A DNA stretch of 64,000 nucleotides, taken from positions 22,444,001 to 22,508,000 of the forward strand of contig OX597818.1 in assembly GCA_951406725.2 (NCBI GenBank). The letters run 5' to 3'. Positions 23,197 to 37,084 of the stretch are shown piece by piece (the first letter of the stretch is position 1; the number at the start of each line of letters is the position of its first letter). Below the pieces are notes generated by a model that made no database searches, was not told where the DNA came from, and worked only from the letters and a program-made list of their open reading frames with translations. The stretch is from Octopus vulgaris. Taxonomy: Eukaryota. The position numbers were made by a program, and so were the translations under genes.

Positions 23197-23726
23197 GTTT
23201 CAAATTTTGGCACAAGGCCAGCAATTTCAGGGAGGGGATTATATTGACTCCAGTGTTCAACTGGTACTTATTTTATCAACCCTGAAAGGATGAAAGTCAA
23301 AGTTGACCTCGGTGGATTTGAACTCTGATTTGAACACGAAGATGGACGAAATGCTGCTAAGCACTTCACCTAGAATGATAACAATTCTGCCAATTTGCCA
23401 CCTTATAAAATAATGATGATGATGATGATGATCATCATCAACTCTCCCGTTGAAGATGCTGTATGAGCATTCAGCTACTGCTGAATGACCTTCACAAATG
23501 ATTTGTTTATCGTGATCAAACCAAATGTGTGTACTGCACATGAGCTCACTCTCTCCATCAAATCAACATTGTCTGAACAGGTGTACAGTGTACCATGCAT
23601 CAGGTGTCGGAGTGTCACAGAGCAACATGAGATGAAGTGTTTTACTTAAGAACACAATGCACCACCTGGTCTAGGAATTGAAACCCCAATCTGGTGATCA
23701 CGAGTGCAACACCTTAACCACTAAGC

Positions 23727-23809
<83 letters not shown>

Positions 23810-23930
23810 TGAACGAACTATTGAGTTTGGTTTAATGGCCTACCAATGTATACTATGAGTTTCTTTGCCCTAGGAGTCGGGAAGACACTCGGCAAGAAAT
23901 GGAAGCAAATTTGAAAGAAGAAAAAAAAAA

Positions 23931-23977
<47 letters not shown>

Positions 23978-23978
<1 letters not shown>

Positions 23979-24545
23979 CCCTGATGCAGTACCAGGCAGT
24001 GGCTCTCATGGCTTCTGATCTTAACTGATTGGAAGTGTTATCATGTACATTGTTTTGTCTTGGTATAAAAGATGGGCTACAGCAAATATTCTGCTCAATA
24101 CCACAGATTTGCTTGTCAGTTGTTTGACCGTAACCAGTTGAGCATGTCCCTTAGTGGCTGACAATATGTGCATCTCTGATCACGAGCAGAAGTAGTGGGG
24201 GAGCATCATAGCCATGTGTTGAGAGGGATTCTTGGGGTTTGAATAATTCACCTCTGGAAACATGGGTGGTTCTTTCAACATCCTTAAACAACCCTTATTC
24301 AGGGACCTTTTGAGCAGGATGGGCTACTCAACCTGAAGAAAATTCTAACTGGGCCCCACCTGCAAGGTCATGTGCTGTTTTTTTTTTTATATGAGATCAC
24401 CATGTTGCGCACATATGGTTGTGATGCATGTGCCTGGTGTCCCCTTATCAGACGGGTAGTCATGATGGGTATATTGGGCTTCGTATATTTTACCCCAGTG
24501 TCACTTTGATGGCATGAACTGCTCTCTCACTCAATAATAATAATA
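23978..24545 (+). mobile_element. Unclassified ~555-bp (AAT)n-tailed retroposon, copy 1
   Basis: Flanked by (AAT)n on both sides and ends ctctcactc-AATAATAAT; highly similar to 25637-26268. Confidence 0.75.
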
Positions 24546-24744
24546 AACAACATCCATCTATGAATTTATTGCTGTGAAAACAACATCCATCCATGAATTT
24601 ATTTATTTATTAATTTTTAAATACATATTTTGTCTGTGAATTTGCGCGTGTAATCTGGGAATGCATACAATGAGCTTCTCTGCCCTAGGTGTATGGAAAA
24701 CACTCGGTGAGAAACAAGAAAATTTGGAGAAAGAAGAAAAAAAC

Positions 24745-24796
<52 letters not shown>

Positions 24797-24809
24797 TAAT
24801 AATCATAAT

Positions 24810-25185
24810 CCCAGGATCATAAAGAAAGAAGATGAAAAACCAAAAAGTACAATCCTTTAAAATTTGAAATTGCAAGAATTTGGAGTATGAAACTGTAAAG
24901 ATTGTGCCCTGTAATAATTGATGTATTGGGAACTGTAAGCAAAGATATAGACAAATAGTTGAAGGAGATTGGAATAGAATGTCCTGTAGAGCTTCTACAG
25001 AAAGTTTGCCTCTTAGGGACAGGAAATATTATCAGGAGCATACTAAGCACTTGAAAGACTATTGAAAGCTAGTGGAAGCTTAAGGTTACAGGTAGCAACT
25101 TGGTATGCACATAAATCCTACTGGGAATAAGATAGAACTTGAGTCAAATCAATAATAATGATGATGATAATAATAATAATAATAA
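24810..25185 (+). mobile_element. Second R4/Dong-like 3' fragment, between (AAT)n tracts
   Basis: Hand translation with frameshifts gives KYNPLKFEIARIWSMK..PVIIDVLGTVSK...ELLQKVCLLGTGNIIRSILST*, homologous to the C-terminus at 9220-9406. Confidence 0.7.
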
Positions 25186-25383
25186 TGGTTTCAAATTTTA
25201 GCACAAGGCCAGCAATGTCAGGGTAGGGGCTAAGTCAATTATATCAGCTCCAGTATTCAACTGGTACTTTTTTTTTATTGACCCTGAAAGGATGAAAGGT
25301 AAAGTCAATCTTGGCAGAATTTGAGTTCAGAACGTAAAGATGGACTGCCCAGTCTGCTAACAATTCTGCCAGCTCGCCACCTG

Positions 25384-25436
<53 letters not shown>

Positions 25437-25636
25437 CTTTTCTATTATAGGCACAAGGCCTGAAATTTGGGAGAGAGGGACAGTCAATTATATTGACCCC
25501 ACTACTCAACTGGTATTTATTTTATCAAGTCAACCCCGACAGCATTTGAACTCAGAGCATTTCACCCGGCATGCTAATGATTCTGCCAGCTCACTGCCTT
25601 AATAATAATAAGGATAATAATAACAATAACAGTAAT

Positions 25637-26268
25637 CACTGGCTCTCATAGCTTCTATTCTTAACTGATTAGAAGTGTTATCATGTACATGTTTTGTCTT
25701 GGTATAAAAGATGGGCTACAGTAAATATTCTGTTCACTACCACATATTTGCTTGTCAGTTGTTTGACCAAAGTGTTATCATGTACATATTTTGTTTTGGT
25801 ATAAAAGAAGGGCTACAGCACATATTCTGCTCAATATCACAGATTTGCTTGTCAGTTGTTTGACTGTAACCTGTTGAGCATGTCCCTTAGTGGCTGGTGA
25901 CGTGTGCATCTCTGATCACGAGCAGAAGTAGTGAGGCAGCATCATAGCCACGTGTTGAGAGGAATTCTTTGAGGTTTGAATAATTCACCTCTGGAAACAT
26001 GGGTGTTTCATTCAACATCCTTAAACAACTCTAATTCAGGGACCTTTTGAGCAGGATGGAATACTTGACCGGAAGAAAACTCTGAGCCCCACCTGCAAGG
26101 TCATGCACTGTTTATCTCGATATGAAATCACCATGTCGTGCACATATGGCTGTGATGCAAGCGCCTGGTGTACCTTTACCAGGTAGTCATGATGGGTATA
26201 TTTGGCTTTGTATATTTTACCCCAGTGTCACTTTGTTGGCATGCACTGCTTTCTCACTCAATAATAAT
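25637..26268 (+). mobile_element. Unclassified (AAT)n-tailed retroposon, copy 2, with an internal ~96-bp tandem duplication
   Basis: Collinear with copy 1; 25673-25768 is repeated at 25770-25865. Confidence 0.75.
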
Positions 26269-26835
26269 ATATTATAAGTACATATCTATTTGAGATGATC
26301 AAAGTCTTGCGACTGGATTTGGTAGAAGGAAACTGAAGAAGTCCATCATATGTGTGTGTGTGTGTGTTTATCTTGCATTGTCTTCACATGCAATGAAATG
26401 ATAAATAAATGTCACCATTAGATAAACAGTATTCTTTGCTTCCAATCTTCATTGAAAACATGTCCAGCTATGGGGAAATATTACCTTGCTTCCAAGCAAC
26501 AAATGAAAGTTGGCAACAGGAAGAAAATCTGCTTCAGCTAATTCTATCTGACCCCGATCCATGTAAATATGGCGAAGTGGACACTAAAGCAACAACCATG
26601 GTAATGATATAAAGATATACATACACACTAACATTCATAAATGTGTGCACCTCAAACACAAACCATCATCACTACCACTAATAGCACTATTGCCCAAAGT
26701 GTTGAGAAGAGATGGTTTATATAATAATAGCTTCCTTACCTCTAAGACATTAATAGAAATAGTGGTGGTAGTGTTGGATGGGGATGACTGAATTTGGAAA
26801 GATTTTGCTAAAATATATATTTTTGCTAATATATA

Positions 26836-27222
26836 GGCGCAGGAGTGGCTGTGTGGTAAGTAGCTTGCTAACCAATCACATGGTTCTGGGTTCAGTCCCA
26901 CTGCGTGGCATCTTGGGCAAGTGTCTTCTGCTATAGCCCCGGGCTGACCAATGCCTTGTGAGTGGATTTGGTAGACGGAAACTGAAAGAAGCCTATCGTA
27001 TATATGTATATATATGTATGTGTTTGTGTGTCTGTGTTTGTCCCCCTAGCATTGCTTGACAACCGATACTGGTGTGTTTACGTCCCCATCACTTAGCAGT
27101 TTAGCAAAAAGAGACCGATAGAATAAGTACTGGGCTTACAAAGAATAAGTCCCGGGGTCGATTTGCTCGACTAAAGGCGGTGCTCCAGCATGGCCGCAGT
27201 CAAATGACTGAAACAAGTAAAA
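26836..27222 (+). mobile_element. SINE family A, full-length
   Basis: ggcgcaggagtggctgtgtggtaag...tgactgaaacaagtaaaa, collinear with 137-540. Confidence 0.88.
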
Positions 27223-27231
27223 AAAAAAAAA

Positions 27232-27276
<45 letters not shown>

Positions 27277-28457
27277 CTAGGTCTGTGTATATGTGTGCAT
27301 GTTTGGACAAAAGGTGAGTTCTTGATTGTCAAAGGGTTTGTGAGGTATCATTAATTGGTTGGTAGGTGTGTCTCCTTAGTGGAGGTGGCGATGATGGATG
27401 ATAGATGAATGGTGGTGGTGCATGCTTGTAGTGTTGACAAGGCATCACAGCTGAAGTAACAAAGATTATTAAAACTACAGTAGGGGAGGAAGGGATATGT
27501 GTGGGTGTATATACAGTTATAAATTGTATACATGCATGTATGTTAATACATATCTACATATGCCTTAAATGCACAAGATTATGTGTGTGTGTGTGTGTGT
27601 GTGTGCATGTGTGTGTACGGCTTGTACTATAATTCTATATATGTATTTATTACACAGGTGTATACACTCATTATGCCTATATACTATGTATCGCCCTCCC
27701 TATATTCTAGTACACACAACCATACACACACATACACACAAATATGTATATATATTGTATGTGACTATTTAAGTATACATATACCTGAGTTTTTGTGTGT
27801 GTGTGTGGTGTGTGTTCTAATTTCTCTCTAATGACAAAGCAAGAGAACCTGAGAGAGTAAAGTGATAGAAAGAAAGAGAAAGAGAGAGAAACAGCTGAGT
27901 AACTTTATACTCAGACAGAATGATTGCCGATGGAGAACTGAGGGGAAGATGATGGAGGAGTAACTGAGAGAAGCCAGGGAGGGGCAGTAAATATGATAGG
28001 ACAGGAGGGGGAACCCATAGCAATATTGCAGTAGTAGTAAAGAGGTAGCCCTCCTCTATGACTTAGTTCACCTATCACCCTACCCACACTACCACTATCT
28101 CCCAAACCTCTACTATCATTACCTCTTTGCCCCTGAGTAGTGGGGGGAGTAGAGATGGTAGACAGTGTTGCGTAACCTCCACCACCCTGTAACCATAGCA
28201 TCCATCTGCCTCCCTCCACTCCCGCATTATCACAAGCCGCCCTCACTGCATCATCTTTCCTCTTCCAGACTTACCCTTCCTCCTCCTCCATGGGCTGGGA
28301 AAGTTAAGTGAGTAGTGCTGATGGTACTGCTATGGGGCTGGAAGTGATGTTTAGTTAAGTCTACTCCTTATCAACCTACTCCACCCTTATCATCTTTCTG
28401 TAAGATTCCTGAGAGGATTAAGTTAAAACTTGATTCTTAAAAATAGATTAAGTGTTT

Positions 28458-28505
<48 letters not shown>

Positions 28506-28800
28506 TATGTAATGAATAAGGGAAATGATAAATGGAGTTTGCAAGAATCTTTATTCAACACAATGATTGTTTTGACCCATCTTGCATCTGTCCCTTGCGG
28601 GTGGGAATCTCTACAGCTGATTGTGTAGCATCCATTGGGTGTCATATTTTAAATAAGATACTTCACTAAATATAATCACTTTTGCTTGGCATGTTGTTGG
28701 CTATGATCTAAAACTGTGGATGACACCAGGTAGCCTAAACAGTGAAACTGCTTTCATCAGCATATTACTCAACATATACCCAAGGTCCAAATAGTTACTG

Positions 28801-28831
<31 letters not shown>

Positions 28832-28833
28832 GG

Positions 28834-28864
<31 letters not shown>

Positions 28865-28874
28865 ACATAGACAT

Positions 28875-29172
28875 ATCACTGCGATCACCATGACCGACCA
28901 GGCTATCAGATGTTGCTACACATCGCTGGTCACAATGTGCTTTGCATTGTTTTAGCCTTCAAGTGACGCCACCCCGCTGGCCAACAGAAGAAAGAGTGAG
29001 AGAAAGTTGTGGCGAAAGAGTACAGCAGGGATCGCCACCACTCCCTGCCGGAGCCTTGTGGAGCTTTAGGTGTTTTCGCTCAATAAACACTCACAACGTT
29101 CGGTCTGGGAATCGAAACCGTGATCCTACAACCGTGAGTCCGCTGCACTAACCACTGGGCCATTGCGCCTCC
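28875..29172 (-). mobile_element. tRNA-derived SINE of a distinct family, within AT/CA microsatellite
   Basis: Minus strand ggaggcgcaaTGGCCCAGTGGttag...GGTTTCGATTCCcag (A and B boxes), followed by a body unlike families A-C. Confidence 0.75.
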
Positions 29173-29334
29173 ACACACACACATATATATATACATGCAA
29201 ATACATGAATACATACATATAGATATATATACCTGTACACTGATTTCTAAAAGCAGATGTGCATTATTGTTGCTATTGTCATTGTATACCTCATGTCCAT
29301 CCTGATCCAATGACTCATTATTATGTAGAATGTT

Positions 29335-30050
29335 ATTGTTGTAGTAGTAAAACCCGCAAGTTGAGCGGACCTATGTGTAAGAACATTCAAGCCATGATCA
29401 TCCTGTAGTTTTTAGGGGTATCTAGGTATGTAAGACTATATTATCAAGTCCTTCTTTTATGATGGTTGGATATCGGGGGAGATTTGGTTGCTATTTCTAG
29501 TAGGCCTAGCAACCATGTAGGGTAGGGGTTCTCAACCATTTTTTTTTATCTATGGATCCCTTTGATTACTATTTTATTCTGGTGGACCCTATAGCCATTT
29601 GATGTTTATAAACAAGTTTTATGGAAACTTCTTTTTTTCACACATTAACTTGCGTAGGTTGAACTATGTAAAATGTTAGAGAAAGGAACCTAGTTACTTC
29701 TTGCAATACACACGAATACATAACTCTAAAGTAAAATTTTTCAGGGGCCCTTAAAATACTATTGTTGATCTCCAATTCACTATTTTGTTATGTGGACCCC
29801 ACCCCACAAAATCTTATATGGACACCGGTTGAGGACCATTGGTGTAGACTGTTGTTGTTGTAGTTGTATAACCCCCAATTTATTCCTGATTAAGTAGAGC
29901 TGTGAGTAAGAATATTCAAACCATGGTCATCTTGTAGTTTTTAGGGTTAAGTCTACATTATCATGTCCTTTTTTTTTTATATAGTGGTAGGATATTGGGG
30001 GAAATTTAGTTGCTATTTCTAGCAAGTCTAGCAACCATGTAGAGACTCCC
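29335..30050 (+). repeat. Two copies of an unclassified ~200-bp interspersed repeat ('family D'), flanking the hAT MITE
   Basis: ...gagatttggttgctatttctag...gcaaccatgtag at 29335-29520 and 29850-30050. Other copies at ~10550-10690, 12490-12660, 15260-15420(-), 21610-21780, 30230-30390, 55490-55990(-), 59420-59510(-), 60960-61140 and 63600-63720(-). Confidence 0.7.
29523..29841. mobile_element. hAT (Charlie-like) MITE related to 7373-7592
   Basis: TIRs TAGGGGTTCTCAACC / GGTTGAGGACCATTG; degenerate TSD atgtaggg / gtgtagac. Confidence 0.7.
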
Positions 30051-30912
30051 TTGTATTGTCAGTTGTTTAAATTACAAGGTGTAAACAACAGATTTGTTAT
30101 TCCTTCACCGATGCGAGGAGAACATTGTGTACAGTCATGCAATGGTCATTTGTACAGAGTGCAGCGGAGAAGTCTGAGCATTTTTTGTCTATACCAGTGG
30201 CTGTTGTGTTGTCCGATGTCAAACAATCTAGCATTCCTATGATCAAAGATGTTCCAGCCATGACCATCTCATCTTTTATTCAGACATTATGCATTCAGGA
30301 AACACCTTTTTTTTAACAATGGTAAGGCGTTGATTTAAGTAAGATTTAACTGTAGTTTCTAGCAGTTCAGTCAATGTGTTGATGTCCATTACTCTCTCGT
30401 TGGCTCATATGCATGATGTGTGTTGACATAAATTACAAACAAGCCCCTTTGTTGCAGAAAAAAAAAAGAACTAACAACAAAGAGTGCCCTCACTTCCTGT
30501 CGAAACATTACACTTCACTGCATTTCAACAGTAAATCTCATCTACATATGCCTTTTCTGTTTATATATCTAATCTCATGCACCCCCACCAACTCACTCTA
30601 TTTCATTATATCCCTCTTGTTCTGTCTGATATCTTTTTCTGTACATCTACACAATTACACACACACACCTTTCTTCTCTCACCCTTTCTCTCTTCGGTTC
30701 ATTTTGCGTCCATCAATATGATACATAATCTGGCTCATTTTTGTAAACAAGGATAGTCACCAGCATTGGTTGGTTTGCTAGTAATAGGCTGCTATTAGTC
30801 ATGAATCAATTTGGGGAAACATAAACAAGGAGTGTATGTTAGTGTGCCTCAGTGAGATGAAGTAAGGGTAAAAAGAGGAGTGTTGGGGAAAGTTGTATAT
30901 TATATGTATATA

Positions 30913-31291
30913 TCATCATCATCACCATCATTTAATGTCTGTTGTCCATCTGGCATGGGTTAGATGGTTTGACTGGGCTGGCACGTTGGAAGGCTGTGCC
31001 AGGCCCCAGTCTGATTTGGCATAGTTTTCTACAGCTGGATGCCCTTCCTAACACCAACCACTCCTAGGGTGTAATAGGTGCTTTTACGTACCACCAGCAC
31101 GGGTGCCATTTGCATGACACCAGGGTCTGACACAACTGCGATTTTGCTCGGCTTGATGGGTTTTCTTCTCAAGCACGACATAATGCCAAAGGCCTTGGTC
31201 ATTGCCTCCGTGAGGTCCAACACTTGAAAGGAATTCACCCACTTTGCCTCTATGAGGCCCAACACTTGAAAGGAACTCAGCCACTTTGCCT
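30913..31291 (-). mobile_element. 5'-truncated RTE copy retaining the last codons of the ORF; 42-bp tandem duplication at its 5' end
   Basis: LDLTEAMTK..LWHYVV corresponds to LGLTEAMAKDRDLWRYAV of the large ORF. ccaacacttgaaaggaa..ccactttgcct occurs twice. Further RTE tails at ~33390-33555(+), 35140-35335(+), 43722-43887(-), 44450-44640(+) and 50360-50570(-). Confidence 0.78.
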
Positions 31292-34089
31292 GTCTATACA
31301 CACACACAAACAAGTACTTAAGTTTTTAAGATAGCTTGTGCATATGTCAGTGTATTCATTTATTAAATTAATGACTTGACTCTTACAGTACTAATTCCAT
31401 TTCCTTCTCTTTTGGAATTCATCTGCGTGTCAATAATTGAATACTTTAACAAATGATAATACACCCAAACTACTTTATGTAATACTTTGTCTTAAACTGT
31501 CTTTAAATGATGATGATGTTCCCATTTTAAATAGGACGTTCATCATCATTTTAATGCCTACCTTTTCATACTTGCATAGGTTGGATGGAATTTGCTGAGG
31601 TAGGTTTTCTACAGGTTTTCAATGGCCAACCTTTACCTGCCTCCAAGTAAGGTAAGACTGATTTCAAATTTTGACACAAGGCCAGCAATTTTTGGGGAGG
31701 GGCGAGTCAATTAAATCAACCCCAGTACTCAACTGGTACTTATTCTATTGACCCTGAAAGGATGAAAAGCAAAGTTGACTTTGGTGGAATTTGAAAATGG
31801 ATGAAATGCTGCTAAGCATTTAGTCCGGGGTGCTAATGATTTTGCCAGCTCACTGCCTTCGGGTAAGATAATATGACTCCTTGGCTGAACAACTTTTAAC
31901 AGAAAATTGGAGAAGAAGGATACTGCTTACATAATGGTGGCACTTGTTTACAACTGTTGTACAATGCCAAAAAGATACTACCACACATATATATGGATGT
32001 ATGTATGTACGTATGTATGCATGCATATATGTGCATATGCATGCCAGTATAAGATGAATCATCTTTCTGTGGTGAAAGATAGCATGTGCTGAGAAACTTT
32101 GAGGAGAGAATGTTGTGAATTATCAGCTCTGAATGACTTGCTGAAGGTACACCACAAGAGGTCTTGTAATGAGGTCGAACACATAACCACGAGGTTTGTA
32201 GTCTAGCAAGTACTTTAATGTTACAGTCATTATGACTCAGATTCAAATATAATAGCCATAATAATGGTTTCTTCCATAGGTGAAGGCATGTGGCCTAGTG
32301 GTTAGGATATTTGACTCAAGATTGTAAGGTCATGAGTTCAAATCCTTGCAGTGCATTGTGTCCTTCAGCAAGATACTTTACTTTGTCCCAGTTCACTCAG
32401 CTAGCAAAAATGAGTAATACCTTCATTTCAAAGGGCCAGCCATGTCAAATTCTGTGTCATGCTGAATCTTCCAAAGAACTATGTTAAGAGTATGCTTGTC
32501 TGTGGAGTGCTCAGCCACTTGCACTTTAACTTCACAAGCAGTCTGTTCCATTGATGGGATCAACTAGAACCCTTGTCATTATAAGTGACAGTCTCAGTTT
32601 TCTTCCGTAGGCACCAGGTCAATGATAATGGCAAGCCCCTTAAACCCTTGGTAGTCATTGGGGTGCTCCAGCCATGCAGTGTATCTAGGGCGGGAAAGCT
32701 TGGCAGAGTTCATCCCTCTCCAGGCTAAACTCATTTCTGCAAACTCATTTCTACAGCTGAGTGAACTGGAGCGACATGAAGTAAAGTGCTTTGCTCAAGA
32801 ACACAACAGATCACCCGGTACGGGGATAGAAACCACAATCTTATGGTTGTGAATCCAACACCTTAACCACTAAGTGACATGCCTCCACAGAGATGAATGG
32901 GGTATAATCAATTATATTAATATTAATATTTGATTAGTATTTATTTTTTCAGTCCCGAAGGATAAAAGTAAAGCTAACTTCAGAAGGATTTGAATTCAGA
33001 ACATAAATGAATATAACTAAATACTGTGAGGCATTTCATCCTGTGCCCAACTGACTCTACAATTACTATAAAAGTAATGGTTTCTCTATTTCTTACAGAG
33101 TTAAGTCTACAACCCTGTAAAGTGAAAAGAAATTTAACAACAATTTAATGTTTTAAATGGATAATAAGACTGTCATCCCTTTCAATGACACAATAAACTA
33201 GTATATCTTTTACTTGTTTCAGTCATTAGACTGTGGCCATGCTGGGGCACCACCTTGAAGAATTTTAGTTGAATGAATTGATCCTAGTACTTTTTTTTAA
33301 AGCCTGGTATTTATTCTGTTGGACTCTTTTGAAGAACTACTAAGTTATGGGGGAGTAAACACACCAACCTCTGTTATCAAGGGCAAACACATAAAAAGCA
33401 CCCATTACACTCTTGGAGTGGTTGGCATTAGGAAGGGCATTCAGCTGTAAAAGCCATGCCAAATCAGACTGGTACTTGGTGCAGCTTTCCAGCTCACCAG
33501 TTCCAGTCAAGCCATCCAACCCATGCCAGCATGGAAAACAGATGCTAAGTGATGGTGGGCTTCTTTCAGTTTCCGTCTAACAAAGCCACTTACAAGGTTT
33601 TGATTTGCTTGTGGCTATAGTAGAAGACACTTGTCGAAAGTGCCATGCAGCGTGGCTGAACTTGGAACCATGTGGTTGGAAAGCAAACTTCATGACATGA
33701 CTAACATTCTTATACTGCTGGTCACATCTGCCTGCGTGGCTGAGAAGTTTATTGCATACTGTACCATAGGAATTTCCCCCTGATAATTACAATAAGGTTA
33801 CAAGTGTCTACAGAATTCTCAGCCACTTTCTTACCTAATTCAATGAGGAGGTAGTTCATATGAATGAAGCAAGAACCTATTATTGAAATTGATGGAGAAT
33901 CGATACAGTTTTTATGCGTGTGCTTGTATGCACACGCACACACACACACACGCACAAAGACAAACACACACAGGTCATTTCTGATCCTAGGTGGAGTTAG
34001 AAATAGGGTAGATATGATTTTATTCATACAGTCTGCAAATAATTATAGTATAGCAGGGTCAAACTGCTGTTATCAAGTGAATATGAATC

Positions 34090-34097
34090 ATATCTAC

Positions 34098-34151
<54 letters not shown>

Positions 34152-34211
34152 GTCTATCTATCTATCTACATATCTATCTATCAATCTGTCTATCTATCTG
34201 TCTGTCTATCT

Positions 34212-34265
<54 letters not shown>

Positions 34266-34325
34266 TGTATACACATACACTCTCTTTCTCTCTCTCTCTC
34301 TCTCACTGTCTTTCACACACACACA
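34090..34325. repeat. Compound microsatellite (CTAT)n-(AT)n-(CT)n-(CA)n
   Basis: Read directly from the sequence. Confidence 0.95.
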
Positions 34326-35096
34326 GAGTGCTTCAGTTTTCCTTCAATCTTTATTACTATGTGGATCACTAGAAAACAAAAGAAAAAAAACAACACTATC
34401 TTGAAGGCAAGAAATGGAAGACATAAAATACACACCAGCATCATCATCATCATCATCATCATGCCCAACCATCGCTCGTTCTTCTCTTTGGATACAGCAG
34501 CTATTTATTTTTTCAAAGGTAATAAGATTGTGTGGGGTGAAGGAATAAATGCAGGAGTAGGATTAGGTAAACAAAGTTTCCCCACCTTCTGCAATAATAA
34601 GAGTTTAACTTTCAGGTAACAGTACTGCCAGAGGACACACACACACATACACAATTGTACCTACCCCTTTAGGAAATGAGGTGAGTATATGTGTGTATGT
34701 GTGTGTGTGTGTATGTATATCCACACTGCTCTCACATCTAACAGTAAGATATGAATTACGTACACATTTATACACACACACACACACATATAGTAAATAA
34801 TAGTTTTAAATTTTGGCACAGGATCAGCAAATCCAGGGAGGGGATAAGTCAATTACATTGACCTCGGTGCTCAACTGGAACTTATTTTATCGACCTCAAA
34901 AGGATAAAAGGCAAAGTTGACCTCAGCAGCATTTGATCCCAGAATGTAAAACAGATGAAATGCTGCAAAGCATATTGTTCAGTGTGCTAATGATACTGCC
35001 AGCTCACTGCTTTTGTATAGTAAATAATAAGACAAAGTCCACCAAGATATCCAGTTTTATTAGGTTATGCATACTTACATATATTATGTATACTAT

Positions 35097-35133
<37 letters not shown>

Positions 35134-35426
35134 GTACCACCTAATTGGCCCTCATGCCGGTGGCACGTAAAAGCACCCACTACACTCTCGGAGTGGTTGG
35201 CGTTAGGAAGGGCATCCAGCTGTAGAAACTCTGCCATATCAGACTGGAGTCTGGTTCGCAAGACCTCAGTCAAATTGTCCAACCCATGCTAGCATAGAAA
35301 GCAGACGTTAAACGATGATGATGATGATGATGATATATATATATGTATATGCATATATGTGTGTGTGTATATGTATATATACACATATATACATATAACA
35401 TATATATACATATGTGTATATACATA

Positions 35427-35799
35427 CTCTTTTACTTGTTTCAGTCATTTGACTGCAGCCATGCTGGAGCACCGCCTTTAGTTGAGCATATTGACCCCAG
35501 GACTTATTCTTTGTAAGCCTAGTACTTATTCTATCGGTCTCTTTTGCCGAACTGCTAAGTTACGGGGACGTAAACACACCAGCATCGGTTGTCAAGCGAT
35601 GTTGGGGGGGACAAACACAGACACACAAACATATATACAACAGGCTTCTTTCAGTTTCTGTCTACCAAATCCACTCAAGGCTTTGGTCAGCCCGAGGCTA
35701 TAGTAGAAGACACTTACCCAAGGTGCCACGCTTTGAGACTGAACCCGGAACCATGTAGTTCGTAAGCAAGCTACTTACCACACAGCCACTCCTGCGCCT
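35427..35799 (-). mobile_element. SINE family A, full-length
   Basis: Reverse complement of 26836-27222. Confidence 0.88.
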
Positions 35800-36428
35800 A
35801 TACATGCATACATATATAAAATTGAATATCTAAGTGTTATCATTAATTAGAATACATGTGAGTGTAAGAGTGTGTGTGAGTGTGTATTATTAACAGGTTG
35901 ATTGACATCACTTAAGCTTAAAGTTTCCATGATACATGGTAAATGTTTTTTCCTTTATCCATACACATACCACCATATAAGCGTGTGTGTGTGTGTGTGT
36001 GTGCACATATCTTTTTTTTTATTTTAGATAGTCAACAATCTATTCAACATCATAGAATTTTCAAATGATGATTTTTGCCTTTCATCTTTCAAGGTGACAT
36101 CACTAATGCTAGTAAAACAAAAAGAACACTCAATACAATTGGTAAAGTAGTTGGCATTAAGAAGGGTGCCTAGCAGCAGAAATCATGCTAAAATAGAAAC
36201 GCTGGAGCAAGATGTATTGGTTCTCCAGCCTGCTGGATTCTGCTGAATTGTCCAACTCATGCCAGCATAGGAGGCAAACACAAAATGAGGTATAGACATG
36301 AATGTAGCATCTGGAAGTGTGCTTCTCAATCGCAAGGTTTTGGACAAATGTCTTCTATTATAGCCTTTGGTTGACCAAAGCTTTGTGAGTGGATCTGGTA
36401 AATGGAAACTAAAAGAAGCTAGGAGTAC

Positions 36429-36485
<57 letters not shown>

Positions 36486-36717
36486 CATATATGTGTGTGT
36501 ATATTCTTGTCTTGATATCACATGATAATAGTAAGCAAGTGTGGCCATCATATCAGTGGTGACATTGTTTCCAATCTGCCATAAAAATATGACTAGCCGA
36601 GGGGAAATATTACCTTATTTGGAAACTGGTAAGAGTTGGCAATAGGTAGGGCATCCAGCCATAGAAAATTTGTCTGTGATGCAAGTGTGGAAAAGTGGAC
36701 ATCAAAATGATAATGAT

Positions 36718-36782
<65 letters not shown>

Positions 36783-37084
36783 GTAATATTTATCCCCATT
36801 TATATGTGGACGTTCTGTTAGAACAAACTATACTGTGGTAAGATACCATGAGAGAAACCCTTATATTACCTTTTGGTGCAAAATGTACTCTTGCTTACAT
36901 CACTAGTGAGCAGACAAAAATCCCTGCCACCTCCAGTACCAAGACCATCAGATCACAAGATTTCGACCCTCCTTGGTCTTGTCAATGATGGAAGCTCAAC
37001 CACTAGAGATAGCTTGTTAAAAAATATTTGTTAATACTGCCTCTGTTGCTAATAAATAAATAAATATATTCTATTCTTTTCTTT

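Noticed and set aside
26836-26910. tRNA gene-like sequences at the heads of SINE families
   Set aside because: They are multi-copy SINE heads that continue into SINE bodies, without a convincing cloverleaf.
33864-34619. 251-aa ORF and the many similar 60-190-aa ORFs (poly-YI, poly-V, poly-I, poly-H, poly-ER)
   Set aside because: They are translations of microsatellites and SINEs, with no domain content or splice support.
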